A stretch of DNA of 64,000 nucleotides, taken from positions 13,268,001-13,332,000 of the forward strand of contig OZ210885.1 of assembly GCA_964658305.1 (NCBI GenBank). The letters run 5' to 3'. Positions 1 through 14,500 of this stretch are shown here, one piece after another; within the stretch, counting starts at the first letter, position 1; each line of letters starts with the position of its first letter. The notes under the pieces are model-generated. The model worked only from the letters and a program-made list of their open reading frames with translations, was not told where the DNA came from and searched no databases. This DNA comes from Leptogorgia sarmentosa. Taxonomy: Eukaryota. The translations under genes and the position numbers were made by a program.

Positions 1-330
1 AGCAGTGCATAACAAAAGAAAATGCAATTCATCGCGAATGTGTCATGGTAACAAAGATTTTATCAGGATTATTAATAATTATGCATAATCAGGTCGATTG
101 TTGAAGGGAAGGTCGTCATCTTCGAGTCCCAGAGGGAGTTAATTTTGAATAAGTTTAGCTGCAATTCTCAGAGGTGAAAGAATGCGTTTTTCACCGAGAT
201 TTTTCAACACGCTCGCATTTGCCTGATTTTCTTCCATATCGTACAAGAAATATGTCATTCAACTGCTAAGTCCTTGATCTTTATGACCATGCAAAAATCA
301 CGTTCGTACACCCAGTAATTAACGCACAAT

Positions 331-371
331 GGCATGTCAAAGTTGGATTACCTTTTTTTTGAGACACCCTG
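331..371. mobile_element. Right terminal inverted repeat of a Tc1/mariner-like element that extends off the left of the window
   Basis: Ends ...GGATTACCTTTTTTTTGAGACACCCTG followed by TA. The reverse complement (CAGGGTGTCTCAAAAAAAAGGTAAT) resembles TA|CAGGGCGTTCAAGAAAAGGTAAT at ~50032. Confidence 0.5.
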
Positions 372-1241
372 TAGTTGTGCGTATTCGCCGTGCGATCGCG
401 TGCTTCATGATATAGTCAGGCAAGAGTGTTTTTCGTAGTTTAAGTAGGTATTTTTCATCGTTGCATTATCTAGTTCGAACTGATTGTATACGATTGTATT
501 CTATTTCGTAAACATTGGATTGGCATAATGTTTAACCGTATTTACGAGCCGTGTCCGTGTTCAATTGTGTATCATCTATTCTATCGAGTTCGAGTAATCT
601 GCGCACCATTCAACCCCGAGTGTAATCTTATTGGTTTCAGTCGTTAGTTCAGTCCACTCATTTTCCGCCAGTGAGATTACAACTCCAACCAATTCAAAAT
701 TGGTCAAATATGTAATATTCGGCAAAGACTGATACTAGTTTTTATCGTTATAAGCTGTTTATAATTATGAAGTTTAGCGATGAGTCATGGGCTAAATGCG
801 GTTTCCATCGAAAGCCCTGTGTAAAAATCGCTCATTAATTAGAATTTATTTGGAAAATGGAATGTTAAAAACTTAACAGTTAATCCACTACACAATGAAA
901 TTATTTCAATGTCCTTGAAATAGAGGTGTGAGTATAAAACGCGCTTTGTCAAAACATTGATACATATTGTTTTTAAAAAATTTAGAAATGCGCGGGTAGT
1001 TTTGACACCTCAACTTTCCCGCAAGTGTCAAAACTTCCCCGCGCATCTCAGAATTTGCGCCCGCAAAACATTAGTATAATTTCTATTAAAAGCATAAAGC
1101 GCGTGTGGAGCAGGTAGGGTCCAGAGGTCAGGTTATTTAAGTAGCTGTCTCAGAAATTGTTCACGTAGACCGCTACTACACTCCCTTTTCACTATTCTTT
1201 ACATGACATACTAATTAGGGAATATTAATAAAAGGGACTTA

Positions 1242-1383
1242 GGCCTGTTTCAGACGTCGAACTTTAGTCGCGTCGAATGCAATTAAAACAATAGATAATG
1301 AGATAACTTGCCTCATTATCAGCTCATTATCCTTTGTCTGAATTGCATTCGACGCGACTAAAGTTCGACGTTTGAAACAGGCC
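1242..1383. mobile_element. PIF/Harbinger-type MITE
   Basis: ~43-bp TIRs GGCCTGTTTCAGACGTCGAACTTTAGTCGCGTCGAATGCAATT; TTA duplicated on both sides (1239-1241, 1384-1386). Confidence 0.85.
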
Positions 1384-4070
1384 TTATGTGCACAAATTTT
1401 CAGCGAGTCTTATCTAAAAACATAGCTTTAAATCAGACGTTTCGTAACATGCAGCTAAAACTGCCTGATCGAAGGGTCAATTAGTCAAGGAATATTGCTG
1501 ACTCATATAGCCGATATGCAAACATGCCTATCTATAAGGTGATCTCAATACACTCAAGGACTGCGACTAGATGTACCATACCATTTTTCGATTGAAACAA
1601 ATGAATTTCTGCCATTATATGCTTTATTCTGATTCCATATTTTTGCCAGAGCTATAATTCTCATAACCAAACATAATTACGAAATTTCAACTAGTTTCAT
1701 ACAGAACAACGGAAGATATAATCGGGTGAATATAGCGAAATGGATTTCTATTCGGACAACCCTTTCTGAGTGCTGACTGGCTGTAACACGAACCACTGAG
1801 CTAAAGAAAGACTGCAGAGAGCGCTCGTATCAATTTTCTCATAAAAGATTGAGGCTTAATTGCAGGATTCGCATAATCCAGTGTTTCTCAGATCAGGGAG
1901 TTGTCTATCCACGACAGGTCTTCCAACTTGCCTTGGGTTTTTATTTTCTCGGGTGAAAATTCCGGGCGGACTTACAACCCTCGCCAGGCCTTACTCTCGT
2001 TCGCTCGGGGAAAATACATACAGACTAAGCGGTGGGTAATGCTCAAAGTTTCCGTGCGAATACTTGTCTGATAACATAGTTGGTTGATAACATAGTCAAA
2101 CTGGTAATGCACGTGGTGTTACGTGAGGTTAAGCCTACTGGAATGCGGTATATTCGCAGGGGAGGTTTCGCATTTGGAGGTTCAAAATGCATCATATTCG
2201 CATGTTACTTCCATTGCTTGGATAACTTCTTGTTGGTTTGAAAAGACTCGTGTCCAGGCTGTTGTGCAGTGGACGGGGAAACAAGGGCGTGGACGGAATG
2301 TTGGAGAGTAAGGCTGTGCTGATACTGGAAGAATTGCGCAACCACATGTTGTTGCAATTGACATTAAAAAATGAAATAAATTACCTAAAATAGCCACATG
2401 GCTGCCAGAATTGTTCACCCTTAAAACTCTTCTGGTTAAAAGTTCAGAATTCTCGTCGTCCCACTCTTCGTTTAGTTCCCACTCTATGAACCGTGTTTTC
2501 TCGTCAGCTCCATCAGCAACTCCATACTTGTAAGAATAAACACCAAAAAGGAAGTTCTGGACCATGCGAATTGTTTCAATTCTGCCCCACACATCTGATT
2601 TCTGCACAATTCCTTTGGCATTTATCCGCGCAGCCTGTCAAAACAATAATTTACTGCTTAATACAACATTGTTGCATTGGTTATGTTTGCTTTCTTCGTT
2701 GCGTGACTGCTTGAAACGTAACAAAGTAATTGAAAAAATTACCTTCAGAATTGGAATTGTTGAATTTAATTTACACATGCAGTATTAGTGACTGAAGGCA
2801 AGCGCGCAAATCGTTGGGGGCGGGGGGGGGGGTAGTTTGTGTGCAGGAAACATATTGAGTTTAAATGTAAATGAAGTATGGCGTTTCGCAATTATCGTAT
2901 CAATTATCCTTCTAAATTACTGTAATATGTGCGAAGCACGAGTGGTATTACATTATTAACAAACATATATGCAATTAATACTGCGTTGTTTTGGTTGTTT
3001 TTAAAATCAACGCAGGCTCGGAACGGTGTAATTAATAAAAATAGTTAGTAAACGCCTCTGTAATTAATGTTTAATTCGTACAGTTCCTGAAAGTTTTGAC
3101 AATCAACGGAATTGACCACAATGATATCAATATAAGAATTAACTGTATTCACAATGTTGATATGTATTATCCTCTTTTCAAATTTTTTTATTACGCAACG
3201 GGTTAACTTGTTACACATGCAAAAAGAATACAGTTGCATTGGTGTTTACTTCAGTTAAATATGATGCGTTGAATTATATAATTCGCTTGATAATCTACGT
3301 CTTGGTATATCTATTTTCCCAGTAACTTGCTGTGACATGTTAGATATTATATTAACATTGGTATCTGCTGTACGAATTTTCCTCCTTCTATTCAGATAAT
3401 TTTTTTTGTCATACCCTTTCCTTTTTTTATGACCCAAATGTAAATATTTTTGTTTATTCAGTCATATCTTCTTATTTTTCTCTTACTTTGTTTTTAGACT
3501 TAGTTCGGGAAGGCATGCGCCTCGTTTTTCCTGCTTGTGGATCAAACCTTACGTTATACAAGATTTATTTTCTTTTTGTAAGAATTATTTCTTTGTCAAA
3601 CTTGCAGATGGTTGAAAATTTTGTACGTGTAAAGCAGCTTATATATATTCCAGTAATTTGACTAGTAATGCTAGATAGTGCTAGATTTGTTGGATGAAAT
3701 CGATTATATCTTTTGTTATTCTGTATTGAACTGGTTGAAATTTTGTAATTATGTTTGGTGATGGGAACTTTAGCCCTGACAAAAATATGGAAATGAAATA
3801 AAAAAAATTTATTCGTAAAAAATTTATTCGAACAAAACAAAACGAAAAACTAAAATCTTGCGTTATCTCGCGAACCGAAAGCAGTTCCATTGAACTCATA
3901 GTACATTTACATCATCGAAGTAGAAGTTGCGATTCTGTAAACCTGACCTCGTAGTATTGTGGTTGTACTGCGCAATATCAATCTCAGCGTGTTATTTCGT
4001 CGAATTAGAAATTGAGATTCTGTAAATTTACTTTCGCAGTATATGGCGGTTGCATTGCCCAGTATATATA

Positions 4071-6385
4071 CACTGTTATTTTAGGGGTGTTATTTTAACT
4101 CCAAAAACGGGGTTAAATAAAAAGGTTCAGAATAGCACCCTTTTTGGTGTTACACTTAACACCACTTTTGGTGTTAAAATTAACTCCTGTTTTAGAGTTA
4201 TTTTAACCCAATATTTGGAGTTAAAAATGTAACACCCTTTGTGGAGTTAAAATATAACTCCAAAAGTGGTGTTAAACTAGCACTACTTTTGGAGTTACAG
4301 TAAATTTAACACCCTTTCTGGAGTTAAAATTTAACTCCTCTTTTGGAGTTACTTTTAACCTTAAACCTTCTCCCCTTAGACAAATTTTTGAATTGACAAA
4401 TTTCATTAGCACAGCGGGAAAAAACATCATAAATCCACTATAACTGCGAAGTTACGGAAATAAATATCGTAAAATCTGGAACATACAGTCATGTCAAATT
4501 TGCGAATTTTGTATACTTTTGTATTACGCACGCTAAATTATCATAACATGACTTGTATTTCCATTTTTACGATATTTTGTAACCAAACTTCACAACTTTA
4601 CCAAATTTATGATGCTCTTTCCAGCTGGGCTGATGGATTTCTCCAATTCAAAAGTTGGTCTAAAAATATAAAAGAAATATTACTGTAAATTTCGAAAGCA
4701 CTCACAATTTTTTTTGACAGCAAAAGAAGTGATTTAATTTATAAAAAAATGAATTTACAAGCATAGCCTCAATATAGTTCATTGATGTTCCTTCATTAGA
4801 GAAAATGGCTTATCTTTGTGGCATTGTTTATTCGTACAAATCCTTATAATATGTGGCTCAAATCCATGTGTCCAGCAGTTAGTTGAGCAGTATTTATTCC
4901 ATCCTCAGGCTTTTGAATCATGTTGTTCATAATCAACCTAAAAATATAATGTAGAAACAATCTTAATTATAGTCATACTGCATTTTTATGCAAGTTAAAT
5001 GCTACTATAAATCTTCAATGTCGTTTTAAAATTAGGCCAAAGTATTGCCATAAAGCAGTTCATGTGGTTTATGTTTGGTGTTCAAGTCCCTTGACCTTGT
5101 ACTGTAGTGGAACCTGTTGATCTTTAACAAATAATATGGATTTACCTATACACTTTGTCCTTCAAAATCAGCCATTTGTCCTTCAAGGGCCATTGTCCTT
5201 CAAAATAGCTTGACAGAAACAGGTTCTAAATACAAAAGATATAGCAGTATAAGTATGACTTTATCATGGAACACAGTGTGCCAAATTCACTTAATTTTCA
5301 CAGCGGAGATTTACTTTACGGTAAAACCCAGCAAAAATTAACCAGTGGGTTGTAAACCACCGTCTTAACACGTCTTTCATCCATGAATTTATTTTATCAG
5401 AACAGAAATCAACTTACAGCATAATTCACCTTCGATCATTAATGGACATGTCTTCAATCTTGATATTAACACTCGTTCCTCAGGGCTCAGTAATCATTTT
5501 TGACAGGAAATAAGAACCAGTTAAGAACGACTCCAGTCTTGATATGAACCAGTGAGCCACCTCATCCTGAAGTCAAAATTCGCTACTGAGTTTTTGAATA
5601 TCTATTTTGTGCATGTAAAAATATCGCTTCATTGTTGCACAAATGCACATAAAATTCTAATAAATAAGGATGTATGAACACTTACTTGCCAAAAAATTCT
5701 GTAAAGCCAAAACAATTGGATTTATGTCTCCTTTCTTCATCAAAACTTTATCAAAAATTTCTTTCAAAATGTTGTCAAAACGACATTCGCTTTTCAAATT
5801 TCAAAACTGAAAAACAGACTCGGATATGTTGACTCGGATAATTTATCTAAGGCGGACGTCTGCGAAAGCACTACTATCTGTAATCGCGCATCCTTATTGG
5901 CTTAAAGTTAGCCTTTGGTTATCCTGTATGAATAATTAGCATAATTATCATTCGTTTCGAGATTTTACTGCATCAATACATCATTTTCCATCTAATTTAT
6001 TGAGTATTCTGACCAGTACAATTAAAAAAAAAGGGAAGAAACAGAAGCCAAAAGACCAATTGCAAGTTTCTTTTTCGTCCTTTCTCACTAACAGTTCAGA
6101 CCAATTACAAATTGAATTTAACTGTTTTTTCTCGTTAAATTGAGTTTGTCTCAATCCGGAATCTGGAATGCAGTTGCATTTTAACTCCAAAAGAAGAGTT
6201 ACTCAGTTTAACAGCACAAAAAGAGTTACTTCGGCTAACCCCCCTAAAGGGAGTTGATTTTTCATGATAAATATATGCCAAAATATTGTAACACCAAAAA
6301 GAGAGTTATTTTAACACCACATTTGGGGTTACGGAATTTAACTACACTAAAGGGGTGTTAAAATAACTCCCCTAAAATAACAGTG
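4071..6385. mobile_element. Non-autonomous CACTA/EnSpm-like DNA transposon
   Basis: TIR CACTGTTATTTTAGGGG(T/A)GTTATTTTAAC at both ends, with arrays of subterminal GGAGTTAAAA/TTAACTCC/TAACACC motifs at each end. Flanks are TA and CA, so the TSD is imperfect. Confidence 0.75.
4376..4663. mobile_element. MITE nested in the CACTA-like element
   Basis: Imperfect TIR TTAGACAAATTTTTGAATTG / CAATTCAAAAGTTGGTCTAA. Confidence 0.5.
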
Positions 6386-7610
6386 CAAGTCACAATAAAT
6401 ACTACTCGAACAGTTGTTACATATTAAATTAGATATTTATTTTGAAGAGTGCGCTGACTCTAAAATTAGATATACAGTTGCCCTATATACCATGCGAAAA
6501 CTAATCCGCAAGTAAACAAACTAATTATAAAACTTTAAAACCATTGCCGAAGGGTGCATGTGTTTGATGAAGCAAAAACTCAAATTTAAATAGATCTGGT
6601 CTTGTCACAGCAAATGTTTGTTTGTGTATACTGCATTGGCTTGGCTTTGATAGAAATGCCGTCGGGTTCCGATATTAAACTTAATTCCCATTATTGAAAA
6701 TTATTGTGGCAATATTCATATTCAGATGAAAATTATTGTTATTAAAAATATCGTGTTAAAATCGCACACAGCCATGAAAGCTGCATGGTACGTTGGTTTA
6801 GAGCGGTGAAGGTGTGACTGCTTTTTTCCCTTGTAGATATTTTGAGAATTGTCGGGACCATGGTCCCGAAATAACTGTTCGAAATTGGCCAAATTTAGTC
6901 GAAAGTGGGTATTATTTTATGAAATATTGCTATAGTCATTTCCTTTTTGTACTTTTGAAAACATTGCAAGTGCTGAACTACAACGTGCAGAGCTCAGGAA
7001 ATAGAGATTGTCAAAATGATCAATTTTACTTGTCAATTCTTGGCACCGCTGTTGTTCTTGTATTGCTGGGAGATGGGCATGCATGTGTACGTGTGGTCAT
7101 ATGATTAATGCTAGTGGGAAGTTTAAATATTTTTGTGAATTTGGTTTGCCCTTCAAAAGAAGCAACTTATAGCGAAGTGTTAGATCGGAAAACTTAACTT
7201 GACGATATTCTAGTTTAGATGCACAAATTTCGTTTAATTTTCCGCATAAGTAAGGTGATATTATAGCATTGTGATTTTGATAATATTTATATTATTTTGA
7301 TTATTGTTTTCAAGAATTATAAGCGTCAAAGCTTACCAAAAGAAGTTGTTTCCGTATCAAACGCATCCAAGTTGGCATTGTTTATGCGTAAACAATTCTG
7401 TCTATACTTTGTAAACTATGTTGAATGGGTGTTAAATTTTACCATAATAATAATCAAAAGGAAATATACTATAATAATTATAGCTTATCAAACATAAGAC
7501 ATGTGGTGTTTATGTCATATTAAAACATAATTATAAACGGAGATACCTCGACCCGGTGCATGTACAGTAAAAAAAAAATTTTTGTTAGAAAGAGTTAAAT
7601 TCCTATCAAA

Positions 7611-7794
7611 TAGGGCCGTAGCAGCCGCGGTGAGGGGGGAGGGCTAGGGGGACAAGGCCTTCCCAACTTTTAGGAAGTGTGTTTTTGTTCGAGGTAAAGT
7701 GTTCTTTTTGTGAATACGAATCGATGTCACATGCTCTTTTAACTGGATCGCCCCGCCCCCCCCCTCCAACTTGGACGTTCCTCCTATGCCCCTG
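7611..7794. mobile_element. Degenerate hAT-like MITE
   Basis: Ends TAGGGCCGTAG...CTATGCCCCTG with subterminal G- and C-runs; no clean TSD. Confidence 0.45.
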
Positions 7795-8257
7795 ATAACA
7801 ATTGTTGTGCGGAAGTACAGTTATTTCAGCAATTAAGGTTAAAGTTACAAAATATTTCAGAGTCGAAACACAACATGCAAATTTCGTAGTTTTTAATGCA
7901 TTTATTTGAATTCTGCGAAACCAAAATATGTTCAGATATGCCAAACGGAATTGTCTAGCAAGACAACTCTGTTTAATTATAACTGAATTATAATTGTTGA
8001 GTGTACTTCCATGAACAATAGTAGGTTCTTTAAGCTAAGCGTGTTCCAAAAATGAATCAATTATTGCAATTAAAAGTTATGTGTAAATAAACAAATCAAT
8101 GGAAAATATATATATATCTGGCAAATCTACTAGAAATTGATTAAAGAAAAACAAAACATTCATTACCTGGAATTATACTATGCTACTTTAATGGTCAAAC
8201 TCTTTACGAAAGACTCAAGTTACGTAGTCAAGTGTCGATCATTGTGTACCTATGATA

Positions 8258-8574
8258 TCAATAACAATCAACACCAACATCTAGAACATGATGACAGTTA
8301 TGGATATTCCATCCATCATGACTGCAATCCCAAAGGTAAGTTTCATTGCCAATGCAGTGAACCTCGTCAAGGAGTACTGGACCGCTTCCCTCGCCGTAGA
8401 AAGGTTGGTTGGTTGCTCCATCGAAGCCCAACTGACGACAGATAACAGCACTGTTGGTATCATCCCATCTATGATCACAGATAGTACCCCAACCGAAAGA
8501 AGGATGAAATATTTCAACTCTTCCTGTCTTGTTGCTCGCTGAATTTACCAATCTGATTTTCAAGTCTGAGTAGG
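8258..8574 (-). CDS. Terminal exon: SRCR (scavenger receptor cysteine-rich) domain
   Basis: IRLV..GRVEIFH..WGTICD..WD..VICRQLGF..GEGSGPVLLDEVHCIGNETYLWDC..HNCHH..DVGVDC*; acceptor ttttttgcag. Confidence 0.93.
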
Positions 8575-11500
8575 CTGCAAAAAATAAATTGGACGAATTT
8601 GACAAGGCATAACAAATTTGAAAATTAATATTGAAGTTGCTATGCTGATAGCCTGATATGTTTCGTATGTTGGTAGGAGAACTCAATAAAATGAATATAA
8701 TTCTATCCCTGGCATCGCTTGCTGATGTCAGATACATCGTAATTCGCCTTTCCGAAATTCATTACGGGTTGGTGGGTTGTTTTGTCGGTTTATTTATAAC
8801 CAATAGGATCGCGTATTCGTCATTTCAAACGGCAATTTTTGCACGGCAACAGGCATCCAGCATCGAGACACGGCAAATTAAGAGAAACTTTTCGTATTTT
8901 TTCGACTTTTTCACACTTTTTGTTGCCAAAAAACGTTGTACATATTTAGTAATACTATCCTAGAAGCAGGGGCTGCTATTTTTTAGCGAAGATTGTTCGC
9001 AAGAGGTTGATTTTTTCGCTTTGTTTTAAGCGGTAGCGAGTCCTATTATTGTTTACTTGCCAACCTTTTCATATTATACTACTGAATGTTACGTCATGCA
9101 TGCGTTGGGCAACCTATGGGTAAAGTTTGTAAATATTTTGTAAAGTCTTGCTTTTAAAAAGATAAACTTATACTCTGGAAATGAGCGGTGAATAGATTAA
9201 ATGCGGCTACCGACGACCTTTCATACAAACAGTTGACTGTAGATAGTAAATACGCAAAACAAAAGTTCACTGCCGACTATTTGACGAACTTATCTTGAGT
9301 TTCAATCCGTAGTCGTTTGTTTCCCTTTCTAAGAGTTTTATATCTGCTGAGAATGCTTTTCAATTCTTACAGCGTAGATCTTGTCTTTGTTTTCGCCATT
9401 CCAAAAGACCAAAAGCTTTATAAAAAAGCTTCGGCCTTTCATGATAGTCCGCCATATTTTTGAGATCAGTAATGACTACCCATACACACTAACCCAAAAT
9501 GGCCGCCAAATCGAGCAACTTTGGGCTCCGCTATGCTGCTCATTACCCGAGTGCAAGTAGCCGTGCGGAATTATTACCCTCGCCTCGGGAAAAGGTCCTG
9601 AGAGGAAAGGTGGTCCGCATGTAATTTGCCTTTCAATAATTGATCAGAATATTTTCTGGATGTACATATATACAAACAGAACACCATTTCAATGCCTTCT
9701 ATTGTTCTACTCAAGGGACAAAAAAACCCAAAGGAATAGGCTTAAATGAATCTTCAGATTTGCAAGATTAGATTTGTCGAAAATACAACAGTTATTTGAA
9801 TTTGAAAGGGTTTTTCTTATAAACCCTGTCTAACAAAAGTTGACCGTTTAATTCTACTCTGTTACATACCAATACATTTCCTCTCGCTGGGGTCTGCCAT
9901 AAAACCATCAGCACAGGAACATTTGTAAGAGCCTGGAAAGTTGGTACAGTTATGGTTGTCGTGAAGCCCACACGGTTTTGAAGAGCATTCGTCAATATCT
10001 AAACAAAGGAATGTAGAAAAGTCCAAAAACACCTGATGGACAATGAAGTTCGTGGCGCACTGATAAAACACCCATTTCTCTTTTTATAAAATAATTGAGG
10101 TCGAACTTATGTGCAGTGTTATGCAGTGTTATTAAAAGGAATAAGAAGTAACGTGAGTGTTTTGGTGAAAAATATACGCCCGGGCTCAGTGTACAGTAAA
10201 CGGGTAATTTCATTTTATTCCTTCACGACATTTTTCTTAATTTCATAATTTTCATGTATAGTTTTTCCCATACCTGAGTGAATACAGTATATTTACCTGT
10301 ACAATTTGTTTTGTTCCCTTGAAAGCCAACCACGCACTCGCACGAGTCACTAGATTTGTTCCAGTAACCAAAAGGACCACACGAAACATTGGAACATTCT
10401 TTCAGAACTGAAAAACAACGGAAAAGTACGTTATTATTGGCAGGGGGGGGGGGGGGCGGAAATTAAAAATTATTTTCCATAATGGTTTTTCAATACTCTC
10501 TATTCTGATTGGTTAACAAACGGTCCGTAAAAACACGTATGCTGGCCGTGGTCATATTTTCCGTATCCGGACCGCTGTCCTGATGTCGCTTATCCCACAG
10601 GAAATTTCGCGTTGCAAGCAGAAAGGAATTTTCGTTTTCAATTTTCTAATTTAGAATATACAGATAAGGATTTCAAACAACCAAATTGTTTTCCAATGTG
10701 CATGTACATATGTCTACCGGTATACCGTTACCCAGTGAAACCGATGTGCATATGCTCACACACATAATTCAGACAAACTTATTCGGTCAATAACCTTTAT
10801 CAGTATAATTTCAGCAGTAAAAATGTTTTTAAAACATTTAGATTTGCGTTCTGACGTAAATCTGAAGCATAGTTTACTAGAAGGCTTTTTCCAACATGGC
10901 GGCCGAAAATCGTTTTTATTTCTACTAATCGATTTTGACGAAATACTAAAAAATACACAAAACACAATTTGCAGAAGAAAAGTGGTGAAGCTTTAACGAC
11001 TCATTTTTTTAACAATGCATTATACTGTATTAGTGTATAGCACAAGAGTGACTGTAAGGTTTTCTTGTGGTCACATATACAAGCATGTGAGATGTAAACT
11101 AACCCAAAATTTAGTAAATTAAACCTCAATATTTAGTCGATAAATATACGGTAAATAATTATACATGCAAAGTCTGTTACATTCCCTATTTTCCAGGCCA
11201 GACTGCTTATTTGACCCTGCTTATATCTGCAAGCATTGCTGAATATATATACTTTATTTTATCAATGCAGGCAAAGTGTAGTATGTAGAGGTTATCATAT
11301 GAGGGATGAGGTAACAATAACAAATGCAAAGGGGGTTGATGATAAAATATCGCCATACAAATATTCAAAATGTTTCATCAACATTTTATTTAACAAAATT
11401 AAATTTAACATCATAATATCGCAAAATAAATAAACTGAATAAATAAATAAATTGATCAATAATGAAACTATTATATCATTATATTACTTTATATATTTAT

Positions 11501-14500
11501 AAACAGTACCAATAAGCTGTCAACATCCACTGACATGAAGCAGGAGTCCGCCATGCTTGTTTTCATGTAGGGGTGGGGGGGGGGGGGAGCGATATCAGGG
11601 ACAAGAAACGATATCAAGGACGATATCGTTTTTATTTCCCGCTGTTTTGACTGGGTGAATGCACAAATATGTGCTAATTTACTTTATCAATACAGCCAAA
11701 TTCGTACTGAACATTGACGTACCTTGTGATTAATATTCATTACTTACCTTTTAGTTGTATAGAATTTCCCACGACGGAAAGATCGACATACTCTTCCTTA
11801 TTGTCGACGGCAACGTTTTCCAACAATTTTCCGTTTGATACACTCATATCAGTTATACGATAGTCATACGTGTTCAAGAAGTAAAGTGAATCACCCAACA
11901 CGCCCAGTAAATCTTCATCAAATGGTCCACTTGTAATAGTTTTCTTCTCGTTACCACCATAATCACATGACTTGATGAACCGATTGCTGCTAAATACCTC
12001 CATCCAGTATACGCGATGTTTGGTGCTATCCGGTTGAATCGCGTGAGCACTTCCAGCATTCGCTACCAAGGTTACTGTGATGTTGTTGGCAAAACTTAGT
12101 CGCATTACCGCTCCAATTTCTGTCCAAAACAAAAACCTACACAGTAATATAATAAGTTATATTAAAAAAAGTTCCAACCAATCTGATTTCTCACTTTCCT
12201 CACTTATGTCCAAGGCCTACTGCAGTACCTCAATCAATTGTTTTGCTTCTGGAATATAGAATTCCATGTTTATTGCTCAACGTAGTAAAAGTGATATATA
12301 TATATCCATTCATGGATATTATTCTAAAATTGGTTTTATTTCATTCCAGAAAATTAAATGTTCCTTGTTCGTGGCAGGAAAAAGTTTACAGTACAACAAT
12401 TGAAAACTAGTGCACATAAAAGATATATTAGTTTTGAATGCATTTTAAATTTAAAAATAAATCCATTAAACTTATTTGTTCGTTTTTCATGAAATTCTAA
12501 ACAAGAAGTTAAAACAAATGCACTGTGAAATTATGCACGGAAGAGAAGCCCCGCAAAGTGCATGCAGATCGGGGATTTAAAGGTCGACTCAAAATTATTA
12601 CCGCTAGACCGTAGATGTAACGACGACAGGCAATAGTGAACTTTTATTAGAAACCAGTTTATCTATCGTTTAAAAAAATGCACTTTTCTACATTCTGGGC
12701 GTTAGCCCCGGACGAGGACAGTAATTCCGCCCGGCTATTTACACCCTGGTAAAGGAAAGCATAGCGGAGTTGAAAGTCACTTCGCCGCCATTTTTGGTCA
12801 TGGTTGAAGGGTGTAACAGTGGTCATCACTGATCTCAAAGATATGGCGGACTGTCGTGAAGAGCGAACACTAAAGGCTTTAGAAAAGTGGAAAACAAAGA
12901 CGAAGACTATTGCTGCAAGACTATAAAAGACTCCTGAGAAGACATTAATCCTAAACAAACCTTTATATCCAGGAGAAGCGACAATCGATTGAAATATGAG
13001 ACAAGCGTATGTATTGTTTGCATAATTATAAAATTCTCGCGTATTTATATGAATGACTGGCTCAGCTTCATTCAATCTGTTTACAGTTTAATTTAAGAAA
13101 TTTTACGTTGTGTAAATGTAAGACTGCCTTTTTAGTATTTCAAGATTCTAGCGAATTTTAGATGGAAAAGAATAAGATGGAATATTGGCTTCAAATAGTT
13201 TTATTTTAAAGACGAAATTTGTTAAAAAATATATTATTTCCTAAAGTCGAAACATTTCAAAACGTCTTATGCGAATATTTTACATCAAATTTAGGTTTAA
13301 TGACATTAGTGTACATGTATTTAGCAAATAAAAAACATTCTACAAAGCCAGTTTAAAAACTTATATTTTTGCCATTATTTTTTCATTTTTAACAAGATAT
13401 ACGGAAAATATGAATTGCCGTGTTGTTGTTATGACGACAATGACTGACTTACCATTAGACGGTGACCCAAAAAACGGCAATTTTCGGAACTTCAGATTCC
13501 GCTATGCTTTTTTACCCGGGTATAAATAGCCGGACGGAATCAGTGCCCTCGTCTCCGGTATTTCGCGCCGTTGGCTTGGGCATTAGACATATATTAAGTG
13601 AGATACAGTAAATGAACTGATGACAAATAAAACGTTCTAATACAAGTAATTCTCATACAAGTAAATTTAAATTTTAAATTTAAAAACATTTATGATTAAG
13701 AAAATCAAAAGACTTCAAGGGACTTCCACCTTATTCACCGTTCTTATAACCTGTTGAACAGGCATTAAGCAGTCTAAAAGCAAACATAAAAGCAGATATT
13801 TCACGTCCTCGCATACAACATCAGATGTACGACAGAAATGCTGCTCGAAACGCGAATGTGTCGATGGGCGAACATCGGAAGGAGCTTCTAATTTCGGCTG
13901 CAGAAAGAAATCATTACTCTGACGGAATGTGCTTTGTTGGTTAAGATTAATGCAGTCTTACTTGCCTATATGTATTTCACGAGAATTTATTCAAGGATAA
14001 ATAAAAAGAAATTAATAAACCGCTTGTTCTCAACTATATCCCTCTTATTGGTTTTATCAGCAGCAAGTTAGTGTGAAACAAGTATATTAAGAGGCTAAGG
14101 TTTGACACCGATAATAATTAGAAATATAAGCGTGTGTACTGAACATTCCGAGTTATTCAAATGACATGTGTTCAAATAAATTTGAATTTTTTCTCACTTT
14201 GATTATTCTTCAATGAATGCTACTGTTTCTTGATTGATCACCTGATTGATTTTCTTTATATGGTATAGCCGGCCATAGACCTGTTGATTTTATTTACATG
14301 GTATAGGCCATAAATTCTAAGGTCATTTAATTGAATTGTACTATAGTAAATGGGATGACGTTATTGAGATTTGCAACATGGAATTGAAAGTGATAATCGC
14401 TTAATTGATCAATGCTTTAATAAAGGGCAAATGGATTATTTTTGATTGTACTAACACACAAGTAAACAGACAGACCTGCTTGACATAGCATGAGAAGTCT

